In this document: one piece after another, positions 52,284-64,000 of the stretch
Numbering within the stretch: position 1 is the first letter of the stretch
Layout of the letters: each line of letters begins with the position of its first letter
Source: Chiloscyllium plagiosum
Lineage: Eukaryota
DNA: 64,000 bases
Direction of reading: 5' to 3'
Assembly (NCBI RefSeq): GCF_004010195.1
Contig: NC_057718.1
Location: 60,320,137-60,384,136 of the forward strand
Notes under the pieces: generated by a model
The model's input: the letters and a program-made list of their open reading frames with translations, nothing else
What the model was told of the DNA's origin: nothing
Databases searched by the model: none
Made by a program: the position numbers and the translations under genes

Positions 52284-53894
52284 GATATGCCATGATGACG
52301 TACCAATCTCCTCATTCTATTTTCTCCAGATTTTGCCTGCATCAAATTCTCAGAACAATGCACTTTGTTTGTGCACCCTTCCCTCTTATTCAGATGGCCT
52401 TCAGCCTGCCTACTGATCCATCACCATTGCACATGCAGTCGTTCTGATGATTATTCTGGTATGACAGAGTTTATCATATTCTTGGTGGGAAAAAAATAAT
52501 AACTTTTGTCTGTTGACTTCAGAAGCCAAGAAAACAACAAGGTTAATTAAAGTTCCTTAGCTTCTGAAATATTTATAATAATAGAAGTTATAGATACAGA
52601 AATGTATGGTCCATTATTTGAAAATAAATCTGATATGAGAGGCAATCTGAGAAGTGTTTGCCATCTTAAAATTTAACATAACATTTGCAATAGTTGGAAG
52701 CATTTATTTTTATTTGATCTAGATATTACTTAAGGAATGCAATGTAATTACTAACCAATATTTTAACTCTGTCAACCTGGGGACTTTATCAGCACTGACA
52801 ATCAAGCTCTTTGATTAGGGAAACAGTTCCTCTATTTATCAGGTTCAAGAGTTGAGACATACAACAATAGGTTAAAACCTAGAATGCAAGATAACTACAA
52901 ATTAGGAAGGCCAACTTACCCATCCTAATCCACCCAGAGAAACCTTGCTGAAAGTTCCAATTTTAAATAATTCAATTGCTTCTGTAATGATTTCAAAGAT
53001 ACTGTCTCCACTAGAAAATCTGTACATTTGCACTGTATATTGATCACTCATTGTGAGACTGAAAAATTGCTAAGATAATTCTTAAGTTTACCTTCTGTTA
53101 TTTTCTATATCTCTGTACTACTTTCAGAGTTTAATTTTAGCTAATATTAAAGATTTTCAGTCCTGTTCTCTATTGCTGAGAAACTGCATGTTATTTCAAA
53201 GCCATTCATCATACACACATCAGGACACAAGCTACAAGATGGAAAGCTTTGACAAAATGTCTTTTTTTCAGCAATACATAAGTTCTGCACGACAAAACAA
53301 CTGTTGATTTAACATTTTTCTATTTCAGTATTCATTTGCCTCGATGTCATACAATTAGGGCAGAATTGTATCAGTCCTTTAGAGAAGGTTGGGAACTGTG
53401 CAGAATGATAAAAACAGGAAGGAAAATATTGAGAGGGAATCCCAATGAATACTGCCTGTCATAAAATATTAGTAAGGGCTTGATTTTCAATTCAATGTCA
53501 GGAACACGATTCCCACATAGATTCCAAGTCCCAGTCCTCCACTGCATCTTTGTCACCAATATGATGAAATCTTCAAACAAGTGTAAATGGACCGGAAATG
53601 AATATAGCACCCAATCTGTAGCGTTGAGCATCAACAGGAGGTAGAGATTTGCTGCAATGCAAAAGCGGCAAAGACTGTTAATTAACAGCCATGATGGAGC
53701 CTGCTGCTGCCTGGCAGAGGAAGGAGACAGCACTGAGGAGATGGGGAGGGATGGCAGCAGCTACACCAGAAGTGGCCAGATGATCAAACTGAATGTGAAC
53801 ATTCAAGATCTAATGGAAGATCCCCAGGTCCGAGCATCTTTCACCATTTGAAAGAAAAATGTAATTTCTTCCTCTGTTAAGCCCAATGGTTACA

Positions 53895-53995
53895 GATATT
53901 TTCTAATCAACCTATTAGGACACACAGCTGAAGTAGGTAAGACTTGAATGCAGGCCTCCTAGCTGAGAGGTAGGGACACTACCACTGCACCACTG
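53895..53995 (-). mobile_element. tRNA-derived SINE head remnant
   Basis: Minus strand GTGGTGCAGTGGTAG..TTCAAGTC, A/B-box-like. Confidence 0.55.
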
Positions 53996-54580
53996 GTGCC
54001 CTTCCCAATGGCTGTACATTAAGGTGCACTAAAGTATTCAAGTTCAGTAAGCTACAAATTGAAAATTGCCTTCTTATCTTCTCTCACCTGTTCACATCCT
54101 TCTCAAGGATTTGCATAGACTGTTAATTGAAGTCGAGCAAGTTCCAATTCCACCTTAAAAATTCCATTGTATCCTGGATGTAGTGAAATTGTGATTATGA
54201 AATTGGCCCCAGAACTGTACCCTCCACAAATAGTCATTAAAATTCAGCCTCATAATCAAGAATTGCAGGACCTTGGGAGTTGTCAGTAGGGGCTGCTGCC
54301 AATTAAGGTAAATAATTGGTCTGTTGATATCCTTTTTACAATTCAGTAAATAACAGCATTGGAATTAACCTGTCTACCCTTCTGTGGACAATCCCATCAG
54401 ATTCATTGTAGTGGCTTCCTTCCATCTTAATTGTTTACCAGTGGTGAAAATGCCACTGCACTCCTACTGTTAATCCAGGTGGGATCATGATCTGCATTTG
54501 GTCTGAGCTATAGGAATCACAGCATCCCAACAAAATTCCAGCACAAGATTCTCTGGTCTATCCTTCAAATCTAGACTTTT

Positions 54581-54886
54581 TTAGATTAGATTACATTACA
54601 GTGTGGATACAGGCCCTTCGGCCCAACAAGTCCACACCGACCCTCCGAAGTGCAACCCACCCATTCTCCTACATTTACCCCTTACCTAACACTACGGGCA
54701 ATTTAGCATGGCCAATTCACCTTACCTGCACATCTTTGGACTGTAGGAGGAAACCGGAGCACCCGGAGGAAACCCACGCAGACACGGGGAGAACATACAA
54801 ACTCCACACAGTCAGTCGCCTGAGGCGGGAATTGAACCCGGGTCTCTGGCGCTGTGAAGCAGCAGTGCTAACCACTGTGCCACCGT
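54581..54886 (-). mobile_element. HE1-type V-SINE (young)
   Basis: Reverse complement of the 41138 SINE type with CpGs retained; (TAATC)n tail. Confidence 0.93.
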
Positions 54887-55440
54887 GACTTACGATACAA
54901 GCATTTAATTTCATGGCTTGCTTTTTTCAAACCTTAATTATTTTCATTTTATCTTGACAACCAACCACCTGTTACATCATGGGGACAAGCAGCTGAACTG
55001 AACAGCTTTTCTAACTCTCTATTCTCAACACTTTAAAATTAAAACCTTCAGTGACCCTCAAACTAAACCCCAATTGTTCCTCACCAGACTTTTTGAATAA
55101 CCAATTCTAGACTCTACAAATAATCAATTCCAGACATTGATTTGTATTTTAAACAAAATACTTAGCAATCTATTAACCATATAATAACCTTAGCAGAGCA
55201 AAAATTAAACAACAAAGTAATCTAATTGGTCTATGCTTTAAACAAAAAACCTTGGTTTTCAGCCTATTCATACAAAAACAGTTAAAATATAAATAAAATA
55301 ACGATACTGAGCAGATTACTTCAGTGGTTTTCAGGTTGCATTTTTCCACAAGCATAAACGATGGCTTCTTTGTTGATTTTCTGAATATATCAATCAGGAC
55401 CACCTTTACAGCTTACTCAGACAAAGGTAACAATACTTAT

Positions 55441-55664
55441 TAGGAGAAAGTGAGGTCTGCAGATGCTGGAGATCAGAGCTGAAAATGTGTTGCTGGAACA
55501 GCGCAGCAGGTCAGGCAGCATCCAGGGAACAGGAGAATCGACGTTTCGGGCATAAGCCCTTCTTCATGAATTTCCTGAAGAAGGGCTTATGCCCGAAACG
55601 TCGATTCTCCTGTTCCCTGGATGCTGCCTGACCTGCTGCGCTGTTCCAGCAACACATTTTCAGC
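55441..55664. mobile_element. Penelope-derived palindromic element with 13-bp TSD
   Basis: Near-perfect inverted arms; TSD TAACAATACTTAT at 55428-55440 and 55665-55677; hammerhead core at 55575-55602. Confidence 0.92.
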
Positions 55665-57859
55665 TAACAATACTTATAACATTGTTTCTATTCTCTGAGC
55701 TCTCAAGTGCCAATAACGGAGATTATGCAGGAAGCTTTCAAATCTTCAGGCTGTAGCATCGACAGCTATATTCTTTTTCACAGAAATCATAGTCTAAAAC
55801 TCAGTTCAAATTCTAGTCTCATCCGGAAAAACTGATCATCTCCCCACAAGTTCCCAAGTTACCATTTAATATCAGCCATTTGCTTGAGCATACAATCTTT
55901 TCCAGACTTGCTGGAACCAATTCTACGTTCTGACCTTGTTAATAGCCAACTTCTGCTATCCGTTTAAACATTATGTTCTTTTCCTATGATGAAGCATCTA
56001 TAGGACCTTTTTTATCAGGAACCAACCTGCAATTAAATTTCAGGCCTGGCTTCACACATAATCAGAAGCTTGTTTTCCTTTTAACATAAGCTGTTATCCA
56101 CAGTATCCAAAACAATTTTTTTTAAAAATTGGACTCTAACCCACTGAGTTTCTAGGCAACCAGAACACTGTTCAGTTTGACCACAGCTTCCTGTAACTTG
56201 CATTGCATTGCTTTGCTACATGGCAGAAGATCTTGGTGTAACACGTTGTTTGTTGTTCTGTGTTAGTTGGATGACCACACAAGAATATTCTTTGGCCTTC
56301 ATTGTTACTGATTTCAACATGATTCAAGGAGCATTGTCAAGGGGATTTCTCATATCTTTCAGATACATAATCTCGCAACAGGAACCATATAAGATTAGTT
56401 GCCATCTAGTCTTCTGAAGTTAAAGTGAGATCCAAGATATCAGTAACAACTATTTTAGGTAATAGCACATTGGAACTAGTAATACTGAATGTGTGTGGGC
56501 AACGTTTGAACATTTATAAATGTATAGTTAATATGTAGTTGCTGGTGCGATTTGTGATTTTAAAGCTTTCTGTTGAAATGCCATCAATCTAAGTTTCTCC
56601 AATGATGCTGAAGATAATGTATGATCCCCATGGAGACTGATACATTTCAAAAGAGATTACTGTCCCAAATGTCCAGTTGTAATAAACGGATGGGCAAGCT
56701 TTCACTGTTATGACTGAAATGTAAAAATCTAAAATCAACATACATCAAACATTAATTTAACAGGTAATAAATACATTAATCTAAAGAAATTGTAAATTTC
56801 ACATTCATTTACTAATGGAATCAAAATAAAACTTACAAAACACATCTACACAATGCTATGCTTCGCGCTGATGTGCAGCATTGCAGCAACAACCCTGCAG
56901 TCACTCCCAGTTTGCCAGCAATATTGAATTCTCCCTGCTGCAACAGGTCAGAACTTTCAACAATTGTTCTATGCAGCTCAAGTTTTCCCTGGTATGATAC
57001 CGCCAACAAGCCATTATGACTCTCCATTCCTTGTACAAAATACTGATTTCCCTGTTTTCTTTCCACAGCAGTAAGTTATTTGTCTCTCAGCAGCAGTCCT
57101 TTATTTCTGTGAAATATTGTGAGAAGGTGTTAAAATTTCCAGCCACTTCATTGGGTTTCTATTTGTGTTTCTTGCCACATGTCAACTAGATCCTGCGGCC
57201 ATGTTTTTGAACAAAGGTGTTTATCTAGAATTCTTTGGTTTACTTTGAATTAAAGCTGTGTTTCAAAATATAATTGCCTCATAAAGTTCAGCATTGATGT
57301 AAAAAAAAATCCTTTAAAACTGTAAAACCTTGTATGCTTTTTCTAGTAACTTATATGGATATTAAAGACAGTATGGCACTATCCAAAGAACAACAAGGGA
57401 ATATTTGAAATCTTGACTTCCTTCAACAAGTACAACCCAGAAACAGATTAAATTGTTGCTCATGTCATTGCATGTGTAGTCTTGTAGTGTGCAAAATAGC
57501 TACTTATGTCACAAAATCCATTGCTCTTCCTATTCTTTCACTGTGAGAAATTCTTTGTGATATTACTCCGAGAAGTAATGGGGCTAAAAACAACCTCTTT
57601 AATTCATTGTATATTTATTATACAATGGATGGCTGTTGTAAAGTTTGCCCCAAGGTGGAAGTTTTAACATAAATGATTATAGGAGCTCAAATGGTCATAA
57701 GATTAACTTTATGAACAATAAGAACCAATGTGCAAGTCCCTGAATTTACATATAGTTCATGGTATCCTATGTTAAGTCAGTATGTTGTTGGGAAGTTACA
57801 AGAATCAGCAGCTTAGCATGGATTAATTCAATAGTTTGAACATTTTCAGCTGTTCAAAA

Positions 57860-58170
57860 AACCATCATCGATTTGTAAAAGGTAAGTAATGCTTGATAAA
57901 GATGTTGGTACATTTTGATAAGGTGACTAAGGTAGTAGGAGGGATATGGATGTTATGTATGTAAATGTCCAGAAAGCATTGAATAAAGTCCTTCATAAAA
58001 GACCATTAATTAAAGTTGTAGCTTATGAAATTGGAAGAAAATTATTGAATTAGTTAAGAAGTTAGCTGTGTAAAAGGAGATGAAGTAACATTAATGAGTA
58101 GGTACTTCAGTTGGTAGGATGTAAGGAATGGTGTCTTTACCAAGGATCTGTACTATGCTTTCAACTATGT
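57860..58170 (+). mobile_element. Very old CR1 RT fragment
   Basis: H.FVKGK*CL..FDKVT; DVMYVNVQKALNKVLH. Confidence 0.65.
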
Positions 58171-59597
58171 AATGTACCTGCTATCACTTTCAAGGTGATC
58201 TAGGTCTTCAGTCATTTTAGCACAATTTCTCTTTGTACTTTGCTTCAATGACCTAAGGTTGTCTAATTGTTCTGCTCATCGCAATCTTTTCCTTGCATGT
58301 TCAGATATTCCATTGTTGGAAATTTCAATGGTTTTATTGCACTTGAACATTTTAGCACTGATACTTCCCATTTCTAGGCTGGTCTGAGTAACCCAGTCCT
58401 TTAATCTGACCCTGGTATTGTGAGTTTCCCTTCGGCCTTTCTAAGCAACCATGACAGGTCTACCTGGCTGAATGCTATTCTCTCAGCTCCAGCTTTGTCC
58501 CAGGTCAGTAACAAATTCCTTTCAGCCCTGGGCTTCTTCAAGGCTCACCAAGAAATTTTTGAAAGTCTATTTCTGATGCTCACTGTCTTGGACCTGTCTT
58601 AGCTTCAATGTTAAAAATCCTGTCCCTCACCTCAGTATCAGCCACATTTCTCAACTTTGTTCAAAATTTATTTTTCCCTGTACTGCACAGATTTCTGCGC
58701 TTGAGCCCCATTCCAATCCATGTTGCATTTTTTTTCACAGAAATAAAACTTGATTCCCAGTTCTACAATATTGGTTCCAGAAAAGAAAGACATATAATGC
58801 AATGGAATTCTTTAGGATTTAGTGGGTGTGGTGGTGGTCTAGGCCATTGGTCGGAGATGAGTAATATAGGACAGCATGCCAGGAGCAGTAACAGCCATAT
58901 CTCAAAATGAAGTGCAAACCAGATGAAGGTGTAATGTAGGAAACAGCATGCGATAGAGCTAAGAAATCCCAGAACCAAATGAAAAATGCATGCTTGGATG
59001 AGGTTCTGGAGAATGACAAGCCTTCATTGAACTCCTGGGGGGAGTGAAATGAAGAGCAATTGAGAAAATGGAATTGCTTGACTGCAGTTATCACCTCCTG
59101 GGGAATTTTTGAGTAGTGTCACAAACAGATTGCAACTTTTAAAACCAATCTCTTGCGTATTCTCACCACCTGTCTATAAGCAGATTGTCACTTCATTTTC
59201 CCCTTTTCTTAAACAAAACTTTGTTGATGATCACCATCCCTCTGACTCTAGGCTCTGAGTTTCGAAGAGCCATTGCAACACTGTGGTAAAGTTCAACCAG
59301 AAGTCAGGTCAATTTCACACATTCTCAGATGTAAAGGATATCTCACAATACAAGCATAAGTACAAACAAATGAGAAGATAAAGGACATGAATGGATTATT
59401 AGAATTCACTTAAAAACAAAACAACCAAAGAATGCCAGTTAATTAATGTCCTTGCTTTGAATGGCAAAGTCCAAAAGTCCAAAGTTGGACTTAATTATGT
59501 TGGAGTTCATTGGAGGGGGTGGATTTATTGAAAAGCCAGCAGTTGATTGGAGCAGTGGGGTTTTCTTTGGGTAAAAACATTTTTGAAAGCCTTCTTG

Positions 59598-59775
59598 AAT
59601 CATAGAGTCATGCAACACATAAACATGAACTTCAGCCTAACTTGTCAAGGTGCAACCAGGTTTACTAAATGAAGCTAGTCCCATTTACCTGCATTTGGCC
59701 CATATTCCTCTAAACCTTTCCAGTCCATGTACTTGTGCAAATGTCTTTTAAATGTTGTAATTGTACCTGCCTCTA
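59598..59775 (-). mobile_element. CR1 3' fragment
   Basis: EAGTITTFKRHL..GYGP-like end and tail repeat. Confidence 0.8.
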
Positions 59776-59907
59776 TTGAAGATGTTATTCTGAAATGTAA
59801 CTTCTGATTCACTGTCTTGATCAAAGGAGTGCATGGATACAGATTGGTGGCTACTTTTGACAAACCAGACACTTTTCCCTTTTGTAGTCCTGAGTTAGAA
59901 CTGCACT

Positions 59908-60440
59908 ATTGTGGCTGTGCAGGACATTGGTTAGGCCACTTTTGGAATACTGTGCGCAATTCTAATCTCCCTGCTATAGGAAGGATTTTGTGAAACTTGA
60001 AAGAGTTCAGAAAAGATTTACAAGGATGTTGCTATGGTTTCAGCTACAAGTCGGGGCTGACTAGTTGGGGCTATTTTCCCTGGAATGCCTGAGGCAGAAG
60101 GGTGACTTTATCAAGGTTTATGAAATCATGAGGGGCATGGTTAGGGTAAATAGACAAGTTTTTTTCTCCAAGGCAGGAGAGTCCAAAAGTATAAGGCATA
60201 GTTTTAAGGGATCTAAGAGGCAAATTTTCCACACAGAGCATGATGGGTCTATAGAATTATCTGCCACAGGAAGTGGTGGAGGCTTATACAATTACAACAT
60301 TTTAAATGAGTTATGAATAGGAAGGGTTTAGATGGATATGGGCTGAATGCTGGCAAATTTATTTAGGCTATCTGGTCAGCATGGATGAATTGGACCGAAG
60401 AGTCTGTTTCCATGCTGTATATCTCTATGACTCTATGACC
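59908..60440 (+). mobile_element. CR1 3' fragment
   Basis: RTLVRPLLEYC, GLFSLE..GDFIKVY, CTCTATGA tail. Confidence 0.88.
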
Positions 60441-61869
60441 TTAAGATTGTTGATTATTGTCAGTGGATACAGATTTAAGCAATGTTGGCCCCGTAACTAT
60501 CTGCTCTTTCCAACTTGTATTGCTAAAAGGACAGTTCATTCAGTTCTGTGGGTGTCATGTGATCAAGCCTACCTGGGGGTAGGAGAACAATTTGCCATTG
60601 AGACAAAGACTTGCATTGCAGATAAACAACTGTCTGTTTCTCATAAGTGGAATTTAATTAATATATGTCTTGTTATAAGGTAGGTACAACTTGCAGTTCG
60701 ACGGTGTAGGAGATTTTCTCGGAGACAATCATTTCTGCAGCAGCTTCTAATGCAACAGTGAATTAAACAGAAGGTACATGAGGCATTGGTTATCTGACTG
60801 ATGTTGACTTTTGAGAAACTTCCAGAAAATTACTGCTAAGTCCTCCCTATTGGCATTGTGGATATGCTTACCATCATCTGATGATGGTCCAGCCAGCAAT
60901 GCCAACATCCAATGAATTAATTCAAAAAAACGCATAATTATATCAAACAGCTTTTAGGATTGTTCAATACATCTTTAAAACATATCTATTTTTATATATA
61001 TAGACTTTTATTTCATTCATGACAGTAGATTCATTTCCTGGAACAGCCTGATTTAAAAATTTGACTGCTAAATAACCATACTTACCTACTTTTACCTTCT
61101 CAACTTCAGGTGATCCGTTCCCTGTCTTAGCAACTCCTGCTGAAACACTCACCCATGTTTTTGTTGCTTCCCAAATCAGCTCTTTCAATGCTTACCTAGC
61201 TGGCATCTTAACTTCTTTCTTCATAGTCTTGAGCTCATTCAAAACATGGTTGTCTGAATTCTGGTCTGTATCAAGTCCTATTCATTTGTCACTCACTTGC
61301 TGTCTTGAGTACATGTCATTGGTTGCAGTCTAGTAATCTTGAAATTAATTCTTACCTTGAGCTGGTTGTCAAGAAATATTCACACCTTTCTAATCATCAA
61401 AGGAAAATCTGGATATATTAATTCCATGAAGAAATTGCTTACTGACGGCAAGTAAGACTTCCAGAAGTCTCTATTTCAGGATCATCGATCTCTTAATCCA
61501 TAAAATAGATCTGCACATTTTGTTTGAAGAGCTATAACTCAGTAAATGTATCAATGGATGTCCAGTTCATAATTTATTATTTGCCTCCCATTTCTTTTCA
61601 GACATCTATGCTTGATTTAGCAAAACTTAAAGGCAATGCGATGCTTTCTTATTTCTTTTATTGATTCCTTCTTTTTACACCCTTTTATTGGTTCTGTCTC
61701 TTTTCATTTTTCTTGTTGATACTCCTTTACTCACCATGGTGCCTTTAAGAATGTTGTTTTTAGAACTACATGCTTGTAATATTAAAATTGCAGCCTTGTA
61801 GTTGCAGACTTCTGCCACTCCCCACAAGGTGATGTTTATATCAAATAAGGAATAATGATGTCATATAGG

Positions 61870-62113
61870 CTTTCTTTTATGTTGACGCAGAGGGTGGTAT
61901 GTGTATGGAATGAGCTGCCAGAGGATATGGAGGAGGCTGGTACAATTGCAACATTTAAGAGGCATTTGGATGGGTGTATGAATAGGAAGGGTTTGGAGGG
62001 ATATGGGTCGGGTGCTGGCAGTTGGGACTAGATTGGGTTGGGATATCTGGTCGGCCTGGACGGGTTGGACCGAAGGGTTTGTTTCCATGCTGTACATCTC
62101 TATGACTCTATGA
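61870..62113 (+). mobile_element. CR1 3' fragment
   Basis: QRVVCVWNELP..FKRHLD, CTCTATGA tail. Confidence 0.9.
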
Positions 62114-62574
62114 TTAATTTGAAGAACAAAAATGGCAAACAAAGGTTTGGACAGAGGGAAGCCTTCTTAGTACAGACATTGATAATAATTGCAAATCATT
62201 ATTTACTTTAGTGAGGGATACTTTTAGGACTGCCATTTTTGTTTGCAGACTCTCAGGTTTGTTAAAAGTGAGTGAGAGAGAAGAGTATAATATTTACTGC
62301 CTCAGTATAGGTGTGTAATTAATTAGCATTTCTTGGATTTGCAACTTTAGCTCTTTTCTTTTAAATTTTAGAGCACTGTTAGAAATTTCTCTTAACTTGA
62401 AATAAATAAAACTTTAAGCAGGAAAAAAAAAAGCTCTTTCTACTGGCTGGTCAATGACTATCTCCAGATGTCTACACTTATAGAAGCTGACAATTCTTTT
62501 TGTCCTAATATACAGATGTCAAATTGATCTTCAACTAGTTTTCCAAGTATCTACCACCAAGACCTTGGAACCTT

Positions 62575-62628
62575 TTAGTCATAGAATTATCGAGCATGGA
62601 AACAGACCCTTCAGTCCAACCCATCCAT
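62575..62628 (-). mobile_element. CR1 extreme 3' tail
   Basis: GCATGGAAACAGACCCTTCAGTCCAAC as at 1401 and 40152. Confidence 0.75.
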
Positions 62629-63049
62629 TTTCTTTGTAGATTGCTGGTGCTGCAACTATGATGTGGATTTGCCTCCAGCTTATGTATCTTTATCTATTGT
62701 GGCAATGCTTATGTTATTCCTCGTAATATCAGAAATTGGGCATGGATAAAATGGTATTGAAAAATCCAACAGACAGTTGTTATAGTTCATTATATATACA
62801 AATATTACATTCTTAAGAATATCAGAGACTAGGCTATTCAGTTAAAAGAACAGCTTGCTTTCAATACTGCCTCATGCTTGAAACAATCCAAGTAAGATGG
62901 GATCTGAGGCATATATACCCTCAGGTCACATACTGTGATATAATGATCATATCATTAGATCTCTGAAGCTGTACCAGTACACTGTGTCTTTCAAAGCTAT
63001 AATGGCATATTGACTATGAGACAGACCCAATTAACCTACAGTAATGGAT

Positions 63050-63515
63050 AAATTTTATCATTTTCATCCTTCTCTCCATGGCTTTACCCTTCCCTATTTC
63101 TATAAACCCTTCTAGTCCTATATTTCTGCACTTCTGTCCTCTTGAGCATCCCTTGCTTCCTTTACTCCTAATTTCTGATGGTGCATCATTAATCTAAAGT
63201 ATTAACTCTGTTTCACCCTTCAGATACTGCTGACTTTTTCCAAAAGATTTCCTTTCAATTTCTTCACTCCTGCATTGACAGCGGTGCTTTCCAATGTGTA
63301 GATTTTAAATTCTGGAATGATGTTCTTTAACCTCCCTGTCTGTTTACCTATCTCTATTCCTCAAGAGGTTGCAATAAGACTAAGATTATCTTGATTAAGA
63401 TTGGTCACCCATCCCAAAACTTTATTACATAGCTCGGTGTTAAAATGTATCTTAAGATCCACTTTACACTATTTCATTCTGTTAACCCTTCCCTATAAAT
63501 GCACGTTGCTGCTGT
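63050..63515 (+). mobile_element. Old L2-type LINE 3' fragment
   Basis: LHGFTLPYF..; GAF..FWNDVL..; tail ATAAATGCACGTTGCTGCTG. Confidence 0.45.
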
Positions 63516-63661
63516 TTTCTGTGTGGTAAAATGCTACTACAGTTGACATTTTTGCTTATAACTCATGCAAGACTTCAAAAGTAATCTTAAAATAAAATTT
63601 TCTGTCTTCCAGCTGTACAATTAGGAGTGTGGTGGCATGTATGTGGATACACCAACAGCAG

Positions 63662-64000
63662 TGTGACTTCTAATTTACTGGTTTAATCAAAAGAGTGCAC
63701 GGGTACAGCTGGTGGCTACTTTTGACAAACCAGACACTTTTTCCTTTTGTAGTTCTGAGTTAGAACTGCACTTTTGTGGCTGTGCGAAACATTGGTTAGG
63801 CCACTTTTGGAATACTGTGCAATTCTAGTCTCCCTGCTATAGGGAGGATTTTGTGAAACTTGAAAGAGTTCAGAAAAGATTTACAAGGATGTTGCAATGG
63901 TTGGAGAGTTTCAGCTATAAGGAGGGGCTGACTAGTCTGGGGTTATTTTCCCTGAAATGTCTGAGGCTGAAGGGTGACTTTATTGAGATTTATGAAATCA
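63662..64000 (+). repeat. Diverged direct duplicate of 59796-~60125 (unique flank + CR1 fragment), running off the window
   Basis: Shared TGGTGGCTACTTTTGACAAACCAGACACTTTT..CTGAGTTAGAACTGCACT and the same CR1 5' junction. Confidence 0.9.

Noticed and set aside
56833..57066. 77-aa minus-strand ORF ending near a GTAAGT donor
   Set aside because: No recognisable homology and no clear acceptor.
60964..61590. Possible decayed coding sequence on the minus strand (ELIWEATKT..)
   Set aside because: Could not assign it to any family; multiple stops.
1..64000. CRISPR arrays, operons or other prokaryotic systems
   Set aside because: No regularly spaced repeat-spacer array and very low coding density; the content is vertebrate transposon-derived.

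Overview
Eukaryotic, repeat-rich DNA with no intact protein-coding gene that I can support. The repeat content (HE1-type tRNA V-SINEs, HER1/CR1 LINEs, Penelope-like elements, Rex1, RTE, L2) points to a cartilaginous fish, probably a shark; this is an inference. Most ORF-track entries are decayed transposon frames or chance ORFs. Highlights: (1) a ~727-bp pogo/Tigger-like non-autonomous DNA transposon (21986-22712) that carries a decayed first coding exon of an NMDA receptor GluN3 (GRIN3B-like) gene, with a short 'empty' relative at 15095-15238; (2) Penelope-derived ~200-bp palindromes with 13-16-bp target-site duplications (TSDs) and back-to-back minimal hammerhead ribozyme cores; (3) a decayed retroviral-type env followed by a polypurine tract (PPT) and LTR, plus a second related PPT-LTR junction; (4) a CR1-group LINE whose 5' end is a tRNA-SINE-like head; (5) a 46-bp inverted templated insertion, a local duplication, and several Harbinger, Copia and Gypsy fossils. 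All family assignments come from motif recognition by eye, not database searches, and boundaries of old elements are approximate.
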